NCBI GenBank assembly: GCA_943354165.1 | Contig: CALRBH010000001.1 | Location: 80,828-144,827 of the forward strand | Direction of reading: 5' to 3' | Source: Candidatus Uhrbacteria bacterium RIFOXYB12_FULL_58_10 | Lineage (GTDB): Bacteria; Patescibacteriota; Patescibacteriia; UBA9934; GWF2-40-263 | DNA: 64,000 nucleotides | In this document: piece by piece, positions 1-8,059 of the stretch | How the letters are laid out: every line of letters starts with the position of its first letter | Numbering within the stretch: position 1 is the stretch's first letter | Notes under the pieces: generated by a model | Told to the model about the DNA's origin: nothing | The model's input: the letters and a program-made list of their open reading frames with translations, nothing else | The model's database searches: none | Program-made: the position numbers and the translations under genes

Positions 1-52
1 AACCACGGACGGCCGCCCAAAAGGTGGCCGTTTTTGGTATACTGTTTCCACT

Positions 53-1468
53 ATGTTAAGGAGGAGTACAGACAAGCGCACCAAAATCGTGTGCACGGTT
101 GGGCCTACCTCGGCGGATCCGCGCATTCTTACGCGCATGGTCATGGCCGGGATGAACGTGGCGCGCCTCAACTTTTCTCATGGCACACATGCAAGCCATC
201 AAGCCGTCTTGAAGACCGTGCGGAGCGTGGAGCGCAAAACGAAACAAGTGATCGCCGTCCTTGCAGACTTGCAGGGTCCGAAGATTCGGTTGGGTGAACT
301 TCCGGCGGACGGGGTGGATATTCATACGGGGAGGGAAGTTGTATTTTCAACCGCCTCAAGTGTCTACAAGTCCGGACTCCTTCCGGTAACTTACGCTGGG
401 CTTCATAAAGACGTTAAGGTGGGAGATCGGATTCTCATCGATGACGGGCTGCTCGAAGTGAAGGTGCTGGCCGTACATGGAACGTCCATACGCGCCAAGG
501 TGATAAACGGCGGGCACGTCTCGTCTCACAAGGGGATGAACTTTCCGGACTCCACACTGCGGGTTCCTGCGCTCACGGCGAAGGATCGCGCGGACGCAAA
601 GTTTGCCGTGAAGGCGGGCGTGGAATACATCGCGCTTTCGTTTGTCACCAGCGCAAAGGACATTCGCACCTTGCGCGGGATCATTCAGGCGGCCGCATCG
701 AGAGGAACGGTGCTTCCTCGCATCATCGTGAAGATCGAAAAGCACGAGGCGATCACGCGGTTCCTTGAAATCCTTGCGGAGACGGATGCCGTGATGATTG
801 CACGCGGAGACCTTGGTGTAGAAATTCCCGCCGCGGAAGTTCCGGTGAAGCAGAAGGAAATGATTATGCTGTGCCGGCTCGCGGGCAAACCCGTTGTCGT
901 GGCTACGCAGATGCTCGACTCCATGATCCGCAATCCTCGCCCCACGCGCGCGGAAGTTTCGGACGTCGCGAACGCGGTGTTCGATCATACAGATGCCGTG
1001 ATGCTTTCTGGCGAAACTGCGTCTGGAAAATATCCCGTTGAGGCGGTCACGGCGATGGCGAACATTATTCGTGAAGCCGAACAGTCATCGTTCGATGATA
1101 TCCATTTACCAACCCTCATCTCCGGACGCCCCGAAGCCGCCATCGCCCAAGCGATTAAACTTCTTGCGGATGCGGGGGAGATTCAAGCGGTGGCTGCGCA
1201 TGGAGACCTGACCCCTTGGGCGGAAACACTCCTCAGCGATCGTCCAGAAATTCCATTTGTCTTTGCCTCAAGCGATACGTGCCACTTGCGACAGTCCCAT
1301 CTGCGATGGGGTGTGCATCCAGTGCTGCTTGCCTCCTCCGCATCCAGTACACTTGGACGACATCTTCTTGAGCGTCTGCATGCCAATACCAGCCTTCCTA
1401 AGGGCGCGCGCGTCGCCCTGATCCTTGGCGGGGTGCACGGCTCCGGATTCGACGTAGTTTCGTTGTAG
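53..1468 (+). CDS. pyk: pyruvate kinase
   Basis: 471 aa; N-terminus KIVCTVGPTS, MNVARLNFSHG; conserved PK barrel and C-terminal regulatory domain; TATACT 9 nt upstream of ATG. Confidence 0.9.
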   Translation: MLRRSTDKRTKIVCTVGPTSADPRILTRMVMAGMNVARLNFSHGTHASHQAVLKTVRSVERKTKQVIAVLADLQGPKIRLGELPADGVDIHTGREVVFSTASSVYKSGLLPVTYAGLHKDVKVGDRILIDDGLLEVKVLAVHGTSIRAKVINGGHVSSHKGMNFPDSTLRVPALTAKDRADAKFAVKAGVEYIALSFVTSAKDIRTLRGIIQAAASRGTVLPRIIVKIEKHEAITRFLEILAETDAVMIARGDLGVEIPAAEVPVKQKEMIMLCRLAGKPVVVATQMLDSMIRNPRPTRAEVSDVANAVFDHTDAVMLSGETASGKYPVEAVTAMANIIREAEQSSFDDIHLPTLISGRPEAAIAQAIKLLADAGEIQAVAAHGDLTPWAETLLSDRPEIPFVFASSDTCHLRQSHLRWGVHPVLLASSASSTLGRHLLERLHANTSLPKGARVALILGGVHGSGFDVVSL

Positions 1469-1536
1469 ATCCTAGGTCTTGCAGAGCCCTTTGGCTCATG
1501 TTAAGGTGCTGGCGCTTAGAGAGCGATCACCCCTTT

Positions 1537-1614
1537 GGACTGGTGGTGTAGCCCGGTTAACACGTCTCCCTGTCACGGAGAAGATCGCGGGTTCGAATCC
1601 CGTCCGGTCCGCCA
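1537..1614 (+). tRNA. tRNA-Asp (anticodon GTC), encoded CCA
   Basis: Cloverleaf drawn by hand: acceptor GGACTGG/CCGGTCC with one G-U, anticodon stem TCTCC/GGAGA, loop CTGTCAC, T-arm GCGGG TTCGAAT CCCGT, discriminator G then CCA. Confidence 0.88.
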
Positions 1615-1622
1615 GAAAAATC

Positions 1623-1650
1623 CCAGACCCGTTCTGGGGTTTTTCTTTTG
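1623..1650 (+). terminator. rho-independent terminator after tRNA-Asp
   Basis: CCCAGA-cccgt-TCTGGG hairpin followed by GTTTTTCTTTT. Confidence 0.7.
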
Positions 1651-1662
1651 GGGAAAAAAATG

Positions 1663-1686
1663 AACAGTTGCCGAGGGGCAACTGTT
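1663..1686. terminator. palindromic hairpin, likely bidirectional terminator (ends the minus-strand operon 4149..1706)
   Basis: AACAGTTGCC-gagg-GGCAACTGTT perfect 10-bp stem directly downstream of the minus-strand stop at 1706. Confidence 0.55.
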
Positions 1687-1705
1687 CGTCGTGTCGCAGA
1701 AAGGA

Positions 1706-2305
1706 CTAGTCGATGGTCGGGTCGTTGTAGTCGCCATCAGGCATGGGTTCTTCCACGAAAGGTTTGATCTGTGTGGTCACGAGCTTGCCGCCAACGAGCT
1801 GCAGCGTACCGGCCTGTATGAGCTTGCCGCCGCAGTCGTAGATCAGCTGTCCGTTTTCATGGTGCGGCTTGCCGCGCTCCAGGTGCAACGTGCATGGTGT
1901 CGCCGTCGCCTTCACGCGTTTTTGGGCGATCTCGATGGGTTGCGCGTTCGCGGAGGAGAGGCCGAACCCGCCGATGAGCATGGCCGCAAGGACGGGGCCA
2001 ACGGCCTTCTTCATCCAGCTGAAGGACCAACCTGACCAGATCGAAGGCTCTTCGTAGACCAAATCCTCGACGAAGTCCATGGGCGGCGGAGCGGTCACAA
2101 CTGCGGGCGCTGCCTTCGGAACCGTGATGGGTTTGGGCTTCTCATTTTTCTTTGCGTTCTCGGCACGAACCTTTGCCTTCACGGACTTGGGCTGGTAGAG
2201 CCACATCACTGACATGTCGATCAGCGTGCCTTTATCGGTGAAGACGTCGGTGTTTCTTGGATGCGGTGCGTTCGCTTCTTTGTACCATCCTTCAAATGTC
2301 TGCAT
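1706..2305 (-). CDS. hypothetical single-pass membrane protein with a C-terminal extracytoplasmic 2-Cys domain (paralogous to the C-terminus of the 2461..4149 protein)
   Basis: 199 aa; AAGGA RBS; one TM helix (VGPVLAAMLIGGFGL); C-terminal PCTLHLERGK...LIYDCGG resembles GCTYALYGKEQ...VFFSCPS of the upstream gene. Confidence 0.55.
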   Translation of the reverse strand: MQTFEGWYKEANAPHPRNTDVFTDKGTLIDMSVMWLYQPKSVKAKVRAENAKKNEKPKPITVPKAAPAVVTAPPPMDFVEDLVYEEPSIWSGWSFSWMKKAVGPVLAAMLIGGFGLSSANAQPIEIAQKRVKATATPCTLHLERGKPHHENGQLIYDCGGKLIQAGTLQLVGGKLVTTQIKPFVEEPMPDGDYNDPTID

Positions 2306-2460
2306 GATTGCCGTCCTTTCATGTAGTGCTTCCCGGGATGGGAGAGCCTGAAAACATACACGAAAAAATGCGTTTTGTCAATGGGTGATTGTGTGTTTTC
2401 AATAAAAAAGCGGCGACAAGGAGTATTCCTTGTCGCCGCCCTAGGTTGGGAGTTCCCGTC

Positions 2461-4149
2461 CTAGTTCTGACTCACCACGATCTTCACGATGCGCATGCCC
2501 TCACACAAGGGCTTGCCGTCTGCGTTCACCTTCGCGATCACGGTATTCTCGGTCTCCGAGGGGCAGGAGAAGAACACTCCACCACTCGTGAGCCGTCGGC
2601 CGCGCTGTTCCTTGCCGTACAACGCGTACGTGCACCCTTCGATGACCTCGGGTGTCGACGCGATGACTGGAGCCACAGGTGCCACCACCGGAGTGGGGAC
2701 AGGAGCGACTGGTGGCGTGACCACAGGGACGACCGGCGTCACCACTGGGGTTACGACAGGCTGTACCACTGGCGTCACGACGGCCACTTGTGTCGCCGGT
2801 TGCCGGAAGTGATTGACAAAGAGCCCAATCCCCACCAACAATAGGACCAGCACGGCCGCGATGGCCCCGAGCACCGGCCACGGCGAACCTTCATTTTTCT
2901 TCTCGTCTTTCTTCGGTCCGTCCGTTCCGGAGGTGCCCTTGTTGAGCGGCGACTTCGGAGCGGCGGTCGTAGGGACGTTGAACAGCTTCGGTGCCGGTTG
3001 CGGCTTCGGAGGTTGGGGAAGGTCTGCTTCCTTTTCCTCTGGCACCGGCGGAGGCACCGGAGCTTGCGTCGGCGCCACCGCCTCGGCAACGAAGGCTGCA
3101 GTTTGCGCGCTGACCGTCTCTTCTTCCATGAGCTCAGCCAGTGCCTGTTTGGTCAGGGCTTCGTCCTCGAGACGTTTGTTTTCCGTCGCGATCCGAACTT
3201 CCTCGGCCCCTTCGGCCATCAGATGAGCCACTTCCTGCGGAGGAAGCGCCTCCTCCTGCTTGCGTGCGGCCTCGGCGGATTCCTTCTCCCACTTCTTGTG
3301 CAGCTCCGCCTCGATGCGCTGCTTCTCCTCCGTCACCTTCAGGCGTTCGTCTTTGAGACGCTGTGCTTCGGCTTCATCCAATGCGGCTTGCAGCCGATTG
3401 GCCTCCGCCAGATCAGATGCGGCCTTGTTGGCTTGCACCTGCGCCTTGATCTGTGCGATCTCAGCTTCGGCCCTTGCGGGCTTCTCCTTGGTGGCTTCGG
3501 TGGCAGTGATACCCCCTATCTCGTCCTCGTCCGTCACTGGCGCTTTCGTCGTCGGCGGGGGCATTGGAGCCCCTCCGGCGCCTTTCATTGTGGCCTCGGG
3601 CTTCTGTTTTCTCGGCAGGAGATCCGTTGGAATGTCCTTTTGAGGATCCAGATGCCTTAGCGGCGGCACCTCCGTCGGCAACGGCCTGTCCATGGGCTGC
3701 TTGGCCATATTCACATTCCCGTTCGAGAACACGTCGCCGTCGCTCGTGGGTTCTCCTGTGAGCCCCTCCGGCTGCGGCGTGTCCACCGCGGTGTTCGGCG
3801 GCAACCGCGGAATCTGCCAGAGTTTCTTCATGAAGCGTTTCGTATCCGCCGGCTTGATCTCGATGTGTGTCACTTCTGGATCATAGATCGGAATGCGGAC
3901 CATAACGCTGCCGTCCTTCTGCTTGATTCCGGTGTATTGATTGGTGTCGTGCTCGAGCAGTTCATCGTCGAACATCGTACTTCCGACAATAACCTCGATC
4001 TCTTCCATGTCCGTTGGAGTTCCTCCGAAGGAGAACCTGACGACGCGGATGAACTGCTTGTCATTTCCCCTGAGGCCGTCCACGTGCTCGTGGGTGATCT
4101 CGGGGGCGTTGGGCAGGGTGACGGGGAACTCTTGCTTCTCACTATTCAT
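2461..4149 (-). CDS. hypothetical membrane protein: cytoplasmic beta-rich domain, long coiled coil, one TM helix, Pro/Val/Thr-rich stalk and C-terminal 3-Cys domain
   Basis: Start chosen at ATG 4149 behind a GGAGGA RBS (the track ORF extends to 4200); EAEIAQIKAQ...coiled coil; TM AIAAVLVLLLVGIGLFV; VVTPVVQPVVTPVVTP repeats. Confidence 0.6.
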   Translation of the reverse strand: MNSEKQEFPVTLPNAPEITHEHVDGLRGNDKQFIRVVRFSFGGTPTDMEEIEVIVGSTMFDDELLEHDTNQYTGIKQKDGSVMVRIPIYDPEVTHIEIKPADTKRFMKKLWQIPRLPPNTAVDTPQPEGLTGEPTSDGDVFSNGNVNMAKQPMDRPLPTEVPPLRHLDPQKDIPTDLLPRKQKPEATMKGAGGAPMPPPTTKAPVTDEDEIGGITATEATKEKPARAEAEIAQIKAQVQANKAASDLAEANRLQAALDEAEAQRLKDERLKVTEEKQRIEAELHKKWEKESAEAARKQEEALPPQEVAHLMAEGAEEVRIATENKRLEDEALTKQALAELMEEETVSAQTAAFVAEAVAPTQAPVPPPVPEEKEADLPQPPKPQPAPKLFNVPTTAAPKSPLNKGTSGTDGPKKDEKKNEGSPWPVLGAIAAVLVLLLVGIGLFVNHFRQPATQVAVVTPVVQPVVTPVVTPVVPVVTPPVAPVPTPVVAPVAPVIASTPEVIEGCTYALYGKEQRGRRLTSGGVFFSCPSETENTVIAKVNADGKPLCEGMRIVKIVVSQN

Positions 4150-4286
4150 GTTTCCTCCATATTTGAGTTTCGGGAACGGTTTGTTTTCTTTGACCACCAC
4201 CGCTTTACTATTAAATTTAATTGTGAAGGCGCCTCATAGCCCTTCAATATTTATGGCATGAGCGAACGTGCGAGTATTGCATGTTT

Positions 4287-4301
4287 TTGACAAAATGTCA
4301 A
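4287..4301. promoter_or_regulatory. perfect palindrome TTGACAaaaTGTCAA, a candidate shared -35 element between convergent or divergent units
   Basis: TTGACA on both strands with a 3-nt spacer, in the intergenic region between rplT operon end and the start of 2461..4149. Confidence 0.35.
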
Positions 4302-4318
4302 TGTCTTGCCCTAACATA

Positions 4319-4347
4319 GCCAAAAACGCCCTTGCGGGCGTTTTTGA
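4319..4347. terminator. rho-independent terminator downstream of rplT (minus strand), hairpin with T/A runs on both sides
   Basis: AAAACGCCC-ttgc-GGGCGTTTT. Confidence 0.65.
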
Positions 4348-4354
4348 AGGAGGT

Positions 4355-4702
4355 TTAAGCTTTTACGCTCTTTACCACCGCTTCGAATACAGAGGCGTGG
4401 TCCTTCGCGATGAAGGAGAGCACCTTGCGGTCCAAAGACACGTTGTGTGCCTTGAGGGCGCCGATAAAGCGGGAGTAGGACATGCCGAGTGGACGCAGGG
4501 CGGCGTTGAGCCGAACCGTGAACAGGGCACGCATATCACGCTTTACGAGACGGCGGTCGCGGTAAGCGTACTTACCAGCCTTGAGCTCCGCGGTCTTTGC
4601 GAGCTTGATCTTTGATTTTCGGCCCCACATCATGCCTTTCGTCTTTGCAAGGAGATTCTTGCGACGCTTGGCATGCATGACACCGCGTTTAACGCGTGGC
4701 AT
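4355..4702 (-). CDS. rplT: 50S ribosomal protein L20
   Basis: 115 aa MPRVKRGVMHAKRRKNLLAKTKG..., canonical L20. Confidence 0.95.
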   Translation of the reverse strand: MPRVKRGVMHAKRRKNLLAKTKGMMWGRKSKIKLAKTAELKAGKYAYRDRRLVKRDMRALFTVRLNAALRPLGMSYSRFIGALKAHNVSLDRKVLSFIAKDHASVFEAVVKSVKA

Positions 4703-4711
4703 AGAAGTTTT

Positions 4712-4915
4712 TTATGTACCTGCGTAAGGAAGAAGGGTCTGGAAGGCCTCCGCGTGCGCATTGTTCAGGGTCTGATCGCGGCGCTTTTTGCGGGTGATTT
4801 TTCCAGAATCTCGGCTGTTAAAATGGCCCTGTCCAGCATGACGCTTAAGGACTTTGCCGTTCTTGGTCACCTTTACGCGCTTTGCGAGCGCTTTGTGCGT
4901 CTTGAGCTTCGGCAT
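4712..4915 (-). CDS. rpmI: 50S ribosomal protein L35
   Basis: MPKLKTHKALAKRVKVTKNGKVLKRHAGQGHF...; start taken at the internal MPKLK, since the track ORF has an unlikely N-extension. Confidence 0.88.
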   Translation of the reverse strand: MPKLKTHKALAKRVKVTKNGKVLKRHAGQGHFNSRDSGKITRKKRRDQTLNNAHAEAFQTLLPYAGT

Positions 4916-4974
4916 AACGGGTTCGGTAAGAAGTGCGGGGAGTGTAAGGAATCGGCTGATATCCGTCAAGATAC

Positions 4975-5526
4975 TTAGATGCGGCCTACGATGGCGGTCA
5001 TTCGGCCGGCCATATAGGTGATTTCCTGCTCGGTACGGATGGGGAAGTCGGTTTTCAGGAGTTCCATGAACTTGATGGCGACTTCGCGGGCGATCTCCTG
5101 GTGGCCCTTTTCACGGCCACGGAGCACGAGCTCGATCTTGACCTTATCCCCACGCTCGAGGAATTTCTTGGCCTGTTGATGGCGGACTTCAAGGTCGTGA
5201 TCTCCGATGCGGAGGGAAAGGCGGATCCCCTTGACCTCGACTTCATGCGATTGGGCCTTTTGTTTGCGGGCTTCCTTTTCCTTCTGGTATTTGAACTGGC
5301 CGAAGTTGAGGAGCTTGCAGACCGGCGGGTTTCCCTTAGGAGAGACTTCCACCAGGTCCGATTCTTTGCTGAGCGCAAGCGCGATGGCGTCCGCGGTCGT
5401 CATGACTCCAAGTGGTTCACCTTCAAGCCCAATAACGCGAACCTCAGGGACGAGGATCATTTCATTGGCCTTGTAGCTCGGAACCTCAAATTTGGGTTTC
5501 CGAACCCGGTGTCGATGAATACGCAT
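4975..5526 (-). CDS. infC: translation initiation factor IF-3
   Basis: VIGLEGEPLGVMTTADAIALA..., PPVCKLLNFGQFKYQKEK, C-domain; start uncertain (IF-3 often uses a non-ATG start; the ORF could extend to 5580). Confidence 0.85.
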   Translation of the reverse strand: MRIHRHRVRKPKFEVPSYKANEMILVPEVRVIGLEGEPLGVMTTADAIALALSKESDLVEVSPKGNPPVCKLLNFGQFKYQKEKEARKQKAQSHEVEVKGIRLSLRIGDHDLEVRHQQAKKFLERGDKVKIELVLRGREKGHQEIAREVAIKFMELLKTDFPIRTEQEITYMAGRMTAIVGRI

Positions 5527-5589
5527 AACGTGGCCGATTGTAGCAGAGGAATGGAAAAAAACAAGAGAACGGGCTACCATCCGGTGGCT

Positions 5590-6030
5590 ATGGCAGATCT
5601 AGCGTTCAACAAGCGGGCCGCATTCGATTACGACCTTCTTGAAAAACTTGAGGGCGGGTTAAAGCTGACCGGGCCGGAAGTGAAGTCGGCGAAGGCTGGG
5701 CACGTGCAATTTAAGGGGGCGTTTCTACATGTGCAGAAGGGAGAGCTGTGGCTTAAGAATCTCCACATCTCCAAATACGTTCCGGCGGGGGAGCAGCTGC
5801 TCTATAATCCAACGCGTGATCGGAAGGTGCTTGTCCACAAGCGGGATATTGCTCGGCTCACCGGAAAAACGCATGCGGACGGATTGACATTGGTGCCAAT
5901 TTCGGTGTATCTTCGCAGGAATCTCGTGAAGCTTTCCTTCGCCCTCGCGCGCGGAAAAAAGCTGTTCGAAAAGAAGGACGCGATCAAGAAACGCGATCTC
6001 GACAGGGAAGTCCGCCGCGGCGAGGCGTAG
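5590..6030 (+). CDS. smpB: SsrA-binding protein SmpB
   Basis: MADLAFNKRAAFDYDLLEKLEGGLKLTGPEVKS...; the track ORF from 5101 is an artefactual extension. Confidence 0.93.
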   Translation: MADLAFNKRAAFDYDLLEKLEGGLKLTGPEVKSAKAGHVQFKGAFLHVQKGELWLKNLHISKYVPAGEQLLYNPTRDRKVLVHKRDIARLTGKTHADGLTLVPISVYLRRNLVKLSFALARGKKLFEKKDAIKKRDLDREVRRGEA

Positions 6031-6113
6031 TTAGTAGTTAGTAGATAGTAGTTAGTAGAGTTGGTTGGAAAATTTTCCTACTTACTACTAACTACTTACT
6101 ACTAACTGCTAAC
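6028..6113. repeat. TAG-rich imperfect inverted repeat (GTTAGTAG units) forming a ~30-bp hairpin; an empty copy of the element that flanks the four-helix-bundle gene at 44784..45226
   Basis: TAGTTAGTAGATAGTAGTTAGTAG (identical 24-mer to 44791..44814), 19-nt spacer, then CTACTTACTACTAACTACTTACTACTAAC; starts at the smpB stop codon; stops in all three frames. Confidence 0.7.
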
Positions 6114-6127
6114 GCAGTTAGTCATAT

Positions 6128-6528
6128 GGGGCTGATCGGCTTCGCCGGCAGCCTGTTTCCGTCTAAGCAAGCCGAGGGTGTACTGAACCTCGTAAATCCT
6201 CTGTGCAAAGAAGTCATTTGCCAACCTCTTCTCACAAGTGAAGAGCGCGATCGCTTCGGCGTTCCGCGTTCCGACACTTGCCATGGTTACCGCCTAAGGG
6301 CTTGTAACCCATCCGTCCTGCTGGTTCGTAAGCGGGGTCGCGGGTGTTATATCTACGGACTCTCCTTGATGGACTACCGGTCTTCAGCAAGGGAATTGGC
6401 GGCCGGTCCGTCTGCAGGTATTTCGTTCTGTTTGACCCTGCAGCCGCGTAAATCTAACAGAACTTCGCTTGGAGAAAGGATTGGGGACAGTTGACCAGAC
6501 GGGGGTTCGATTCCCCCCAGCTCCACCA
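6128..6528 (+). ncRNA. ssrA: tmRNA (ssrA)
   Basis: 5' GGGGCTG pairs with 3' CAGCTCC-A-CCA (G3:U70-like wobble); 3' tRNA-like T-arm GGGGGTTCGATTCCCCC; adjacent to smpB; the tag ORF cannot be delineated confidently by eye (candidate in-frame stops at 6295 and 6459). Confidence 0.88.
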
Positions 6529-6590
6529 AAATATCCGATAGGCCTGTCCTCTCGGATATTTTGTTTGGGGAATGGTATACTCCTAGACGT

Positions 6591-7628
6591 ATGCCATTAC
6601 CGAAATCTCCTCTTCCGCAAACCATCACGCTTTCCACCGCCACGTTCATTAAGGCAGCGCTCGTGGTTGGCGGTATTGTCCTTGTCTGGTTCTTGCGTGA
6701 CGTGCTCGCGATCATTTTTGTCGCCCTCTTGCTCGCCGCGCTCATCGATCCGTTTGCGGACCATCTTCATTCGAAGGGGATGCCTCGCGGGCTCGGGGTC
6801 ATCATCATCTATTTATGTCTTGGAACGGTTTCGGTTCTTGGTCTGATTGTTCTTGTCCCAGTTGTCATTGAACAGTTCCTCCAGCTCGTCTCAAACCTTT
6901 CAGGAACCTATTCGGATTTTGCGAGTTCCTTCGGTCAGCTCAAGACGCTCTCGGTGAAGTACGGGTTTGAAACGAATCTTCTTTCAAGTCTTCAGTCGCT
7001 TCAGGAAGCGATCACTGGATCATTTGCTTCCATCTTCTCCACGGTACGCGGATTCTTCGGGGGGATTGCTGCTCTGTTTATCGTGCTCGTCCTCGCCTTT
7101 TACATGGTGGCGGAAGAAGACACGGCACGGAAATATTTTCAGAACATCGCTCCTCTGGAATATCAGCCGTTTCTTTCGCAGCTGTTTGCGAAGATGCAGA
7201 AGCGGATCGGTTCCTGGTTGCGCGGACAGCTCGTCCTTGGGTTGATCGTAGGGACGGCGGTGTATATCGGGTTGAGCTTGCTCGATGTAAAGTACGCGCT
7301 CCTTCTGGGTATTGTCGCCGCGATTTTCGAAGTGATCCCATATGTCGGTCCCGTCCTTTCGCTTATCCCGGCGGCGATCATTGGGTTCGCGCAGGGTCCG
7401 GTCACGGGCCTCTTGGTGGTAGGCCTCTACGTGATCATCCAACAGGTTGAGAATAACGTTCTGGTCCCGAAGATCATGCAAAAGGCGACGGGGCTGAATC
7501 CGGTCGTCAGCATCATTGCCCTTATGATCGGCATCCAGTTCGGCGGGCTGATCGGGGCCATTCTTTCCATTCCGGTCGCGACCATGATTTCCGTCGTGTT
7601 GGAAGATTTGTTTACACCAACCGCCTGA
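6591..7628 (+). CDS. AI-2E family transporter (PerM/YhhT-like, UPF0118)
   Basis: Multi-TM protein with typical C-terminal VENNVLVPKIM...GG motif region; start ATG 6591 with TATACT 9 nt upstream (the track ORF start at 6561 is a TTG). Confidence 0.75.
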   Translation: MPLPKSPLPQTITLSTATFIKAALVVGGIVLVWFLRDVLAIIFVALLLAALIDPFADHLHSKGMPRGLGVIIIYLCLGTVSVLGLIVLVPVVIEQFLQLVSNLSGTYSDFASSFGQLKTLSVKYGFETNLLSSLQSLQEAITGSFASIFSTVRGFFGGIAALFIVLVLAFYMVAEEDTARKYFQNIAPLEYQPFLSQLFAKMQKRIGSWLRGQLVLGLIVGTAVYIGLSLLDVKYALLLGIVAAIFEVIPYVGPVLSLIPAAIIGFAQGPVTGLLVVGLYVIIQQVENNVLVPKIMQKATGLNPVVSIIALMIGIQFGGLIGAILSIPVATMISVVLEDLFTPTA

Positions 7629-7632
7629 GGGT

Positions 7633-8037
7633 ATGCACAAGCATCTCCGTTCTGGATTTCTTGGTGTCATCATCGTTCTTTCCTTTGCCCTCGCGGTTTT
7701 TGTCCTGAAGGCAGGGAAGAGCGCGCCGACGGCAACCACCCCTTACCCCTCCTTGGCGAAGGAGGGGAGTCTGGCTCCGACGGATGGAGAATATCGTGCG
7801 GCCACTCATTCTATTATTGCGGAAGTGCGCGTGGCGTATCCAGCGGCTAAAACCGCCTATGATCGCGAGCAGGCTCTCACGGTCGCGTTGAACAATCTGC
7901 TCGATGTCCGCGTTCCAAGAGAGGAAAAGGATTTTCACCTGGAACTCGCGGTATCCCTTGAGCTTACGCGCTCCGGTTCTCCAGATGGCTGGAAGCGTTT
8001 TCTGGCGACGGTTGAAAAAACGGACTGGTTGAAGTAA
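7633..8037 (+). CDS. hypothetical secreted/membrane-anchored protein
   Basis: 134 aa, N-terminal hydrophobic segment GVIIVLSFALAVFVL; no recognisable domain. Confidence 0.5.
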   Translation: MHKHLRSGFLGVIIVLSFALAVFVLKAGKSAPTATTPYPSLAKEGSLAPTDGEYRAATHSIIAEVRVAYPAAKTAYDREQALTVALNNLLDVRVPREEKDFHLELAVSLELTRSGSPDGWKRFLATVEKTDWLK

Positions 8038-8059
8038 GTAGAAGGAAACACGTTCCGTT

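Noticed and set aside
356-988. Long minus-strand ORF (210 aa) antisense to pyk. Similar antisense ORFs lie at 7020..7739, 12338..13495, 13609..14541, 16714..18318, 32379..33725, 43106..44254, 49977..51308 and 55493..56518.
   Set aside because: These are typical stop-poor antisense frames of GC-rich coding DNA. The sense-strand genes have clear conserved motifs. The antisense translations are Arg/Pro/Ala-rich and low-complexity, with no RBS.
1479-1709. 76-aa ORF covering tRNA-Asp and its terminator.
   Set aside because: It overlaps a structural RNA and terminator hairpins.
6126-6494. 122-aa ORF overlapping the tmRNA.
   Set aside because: It lies entirely within the ssrA RNA gene and has no RBS, so it is a frame artefact.
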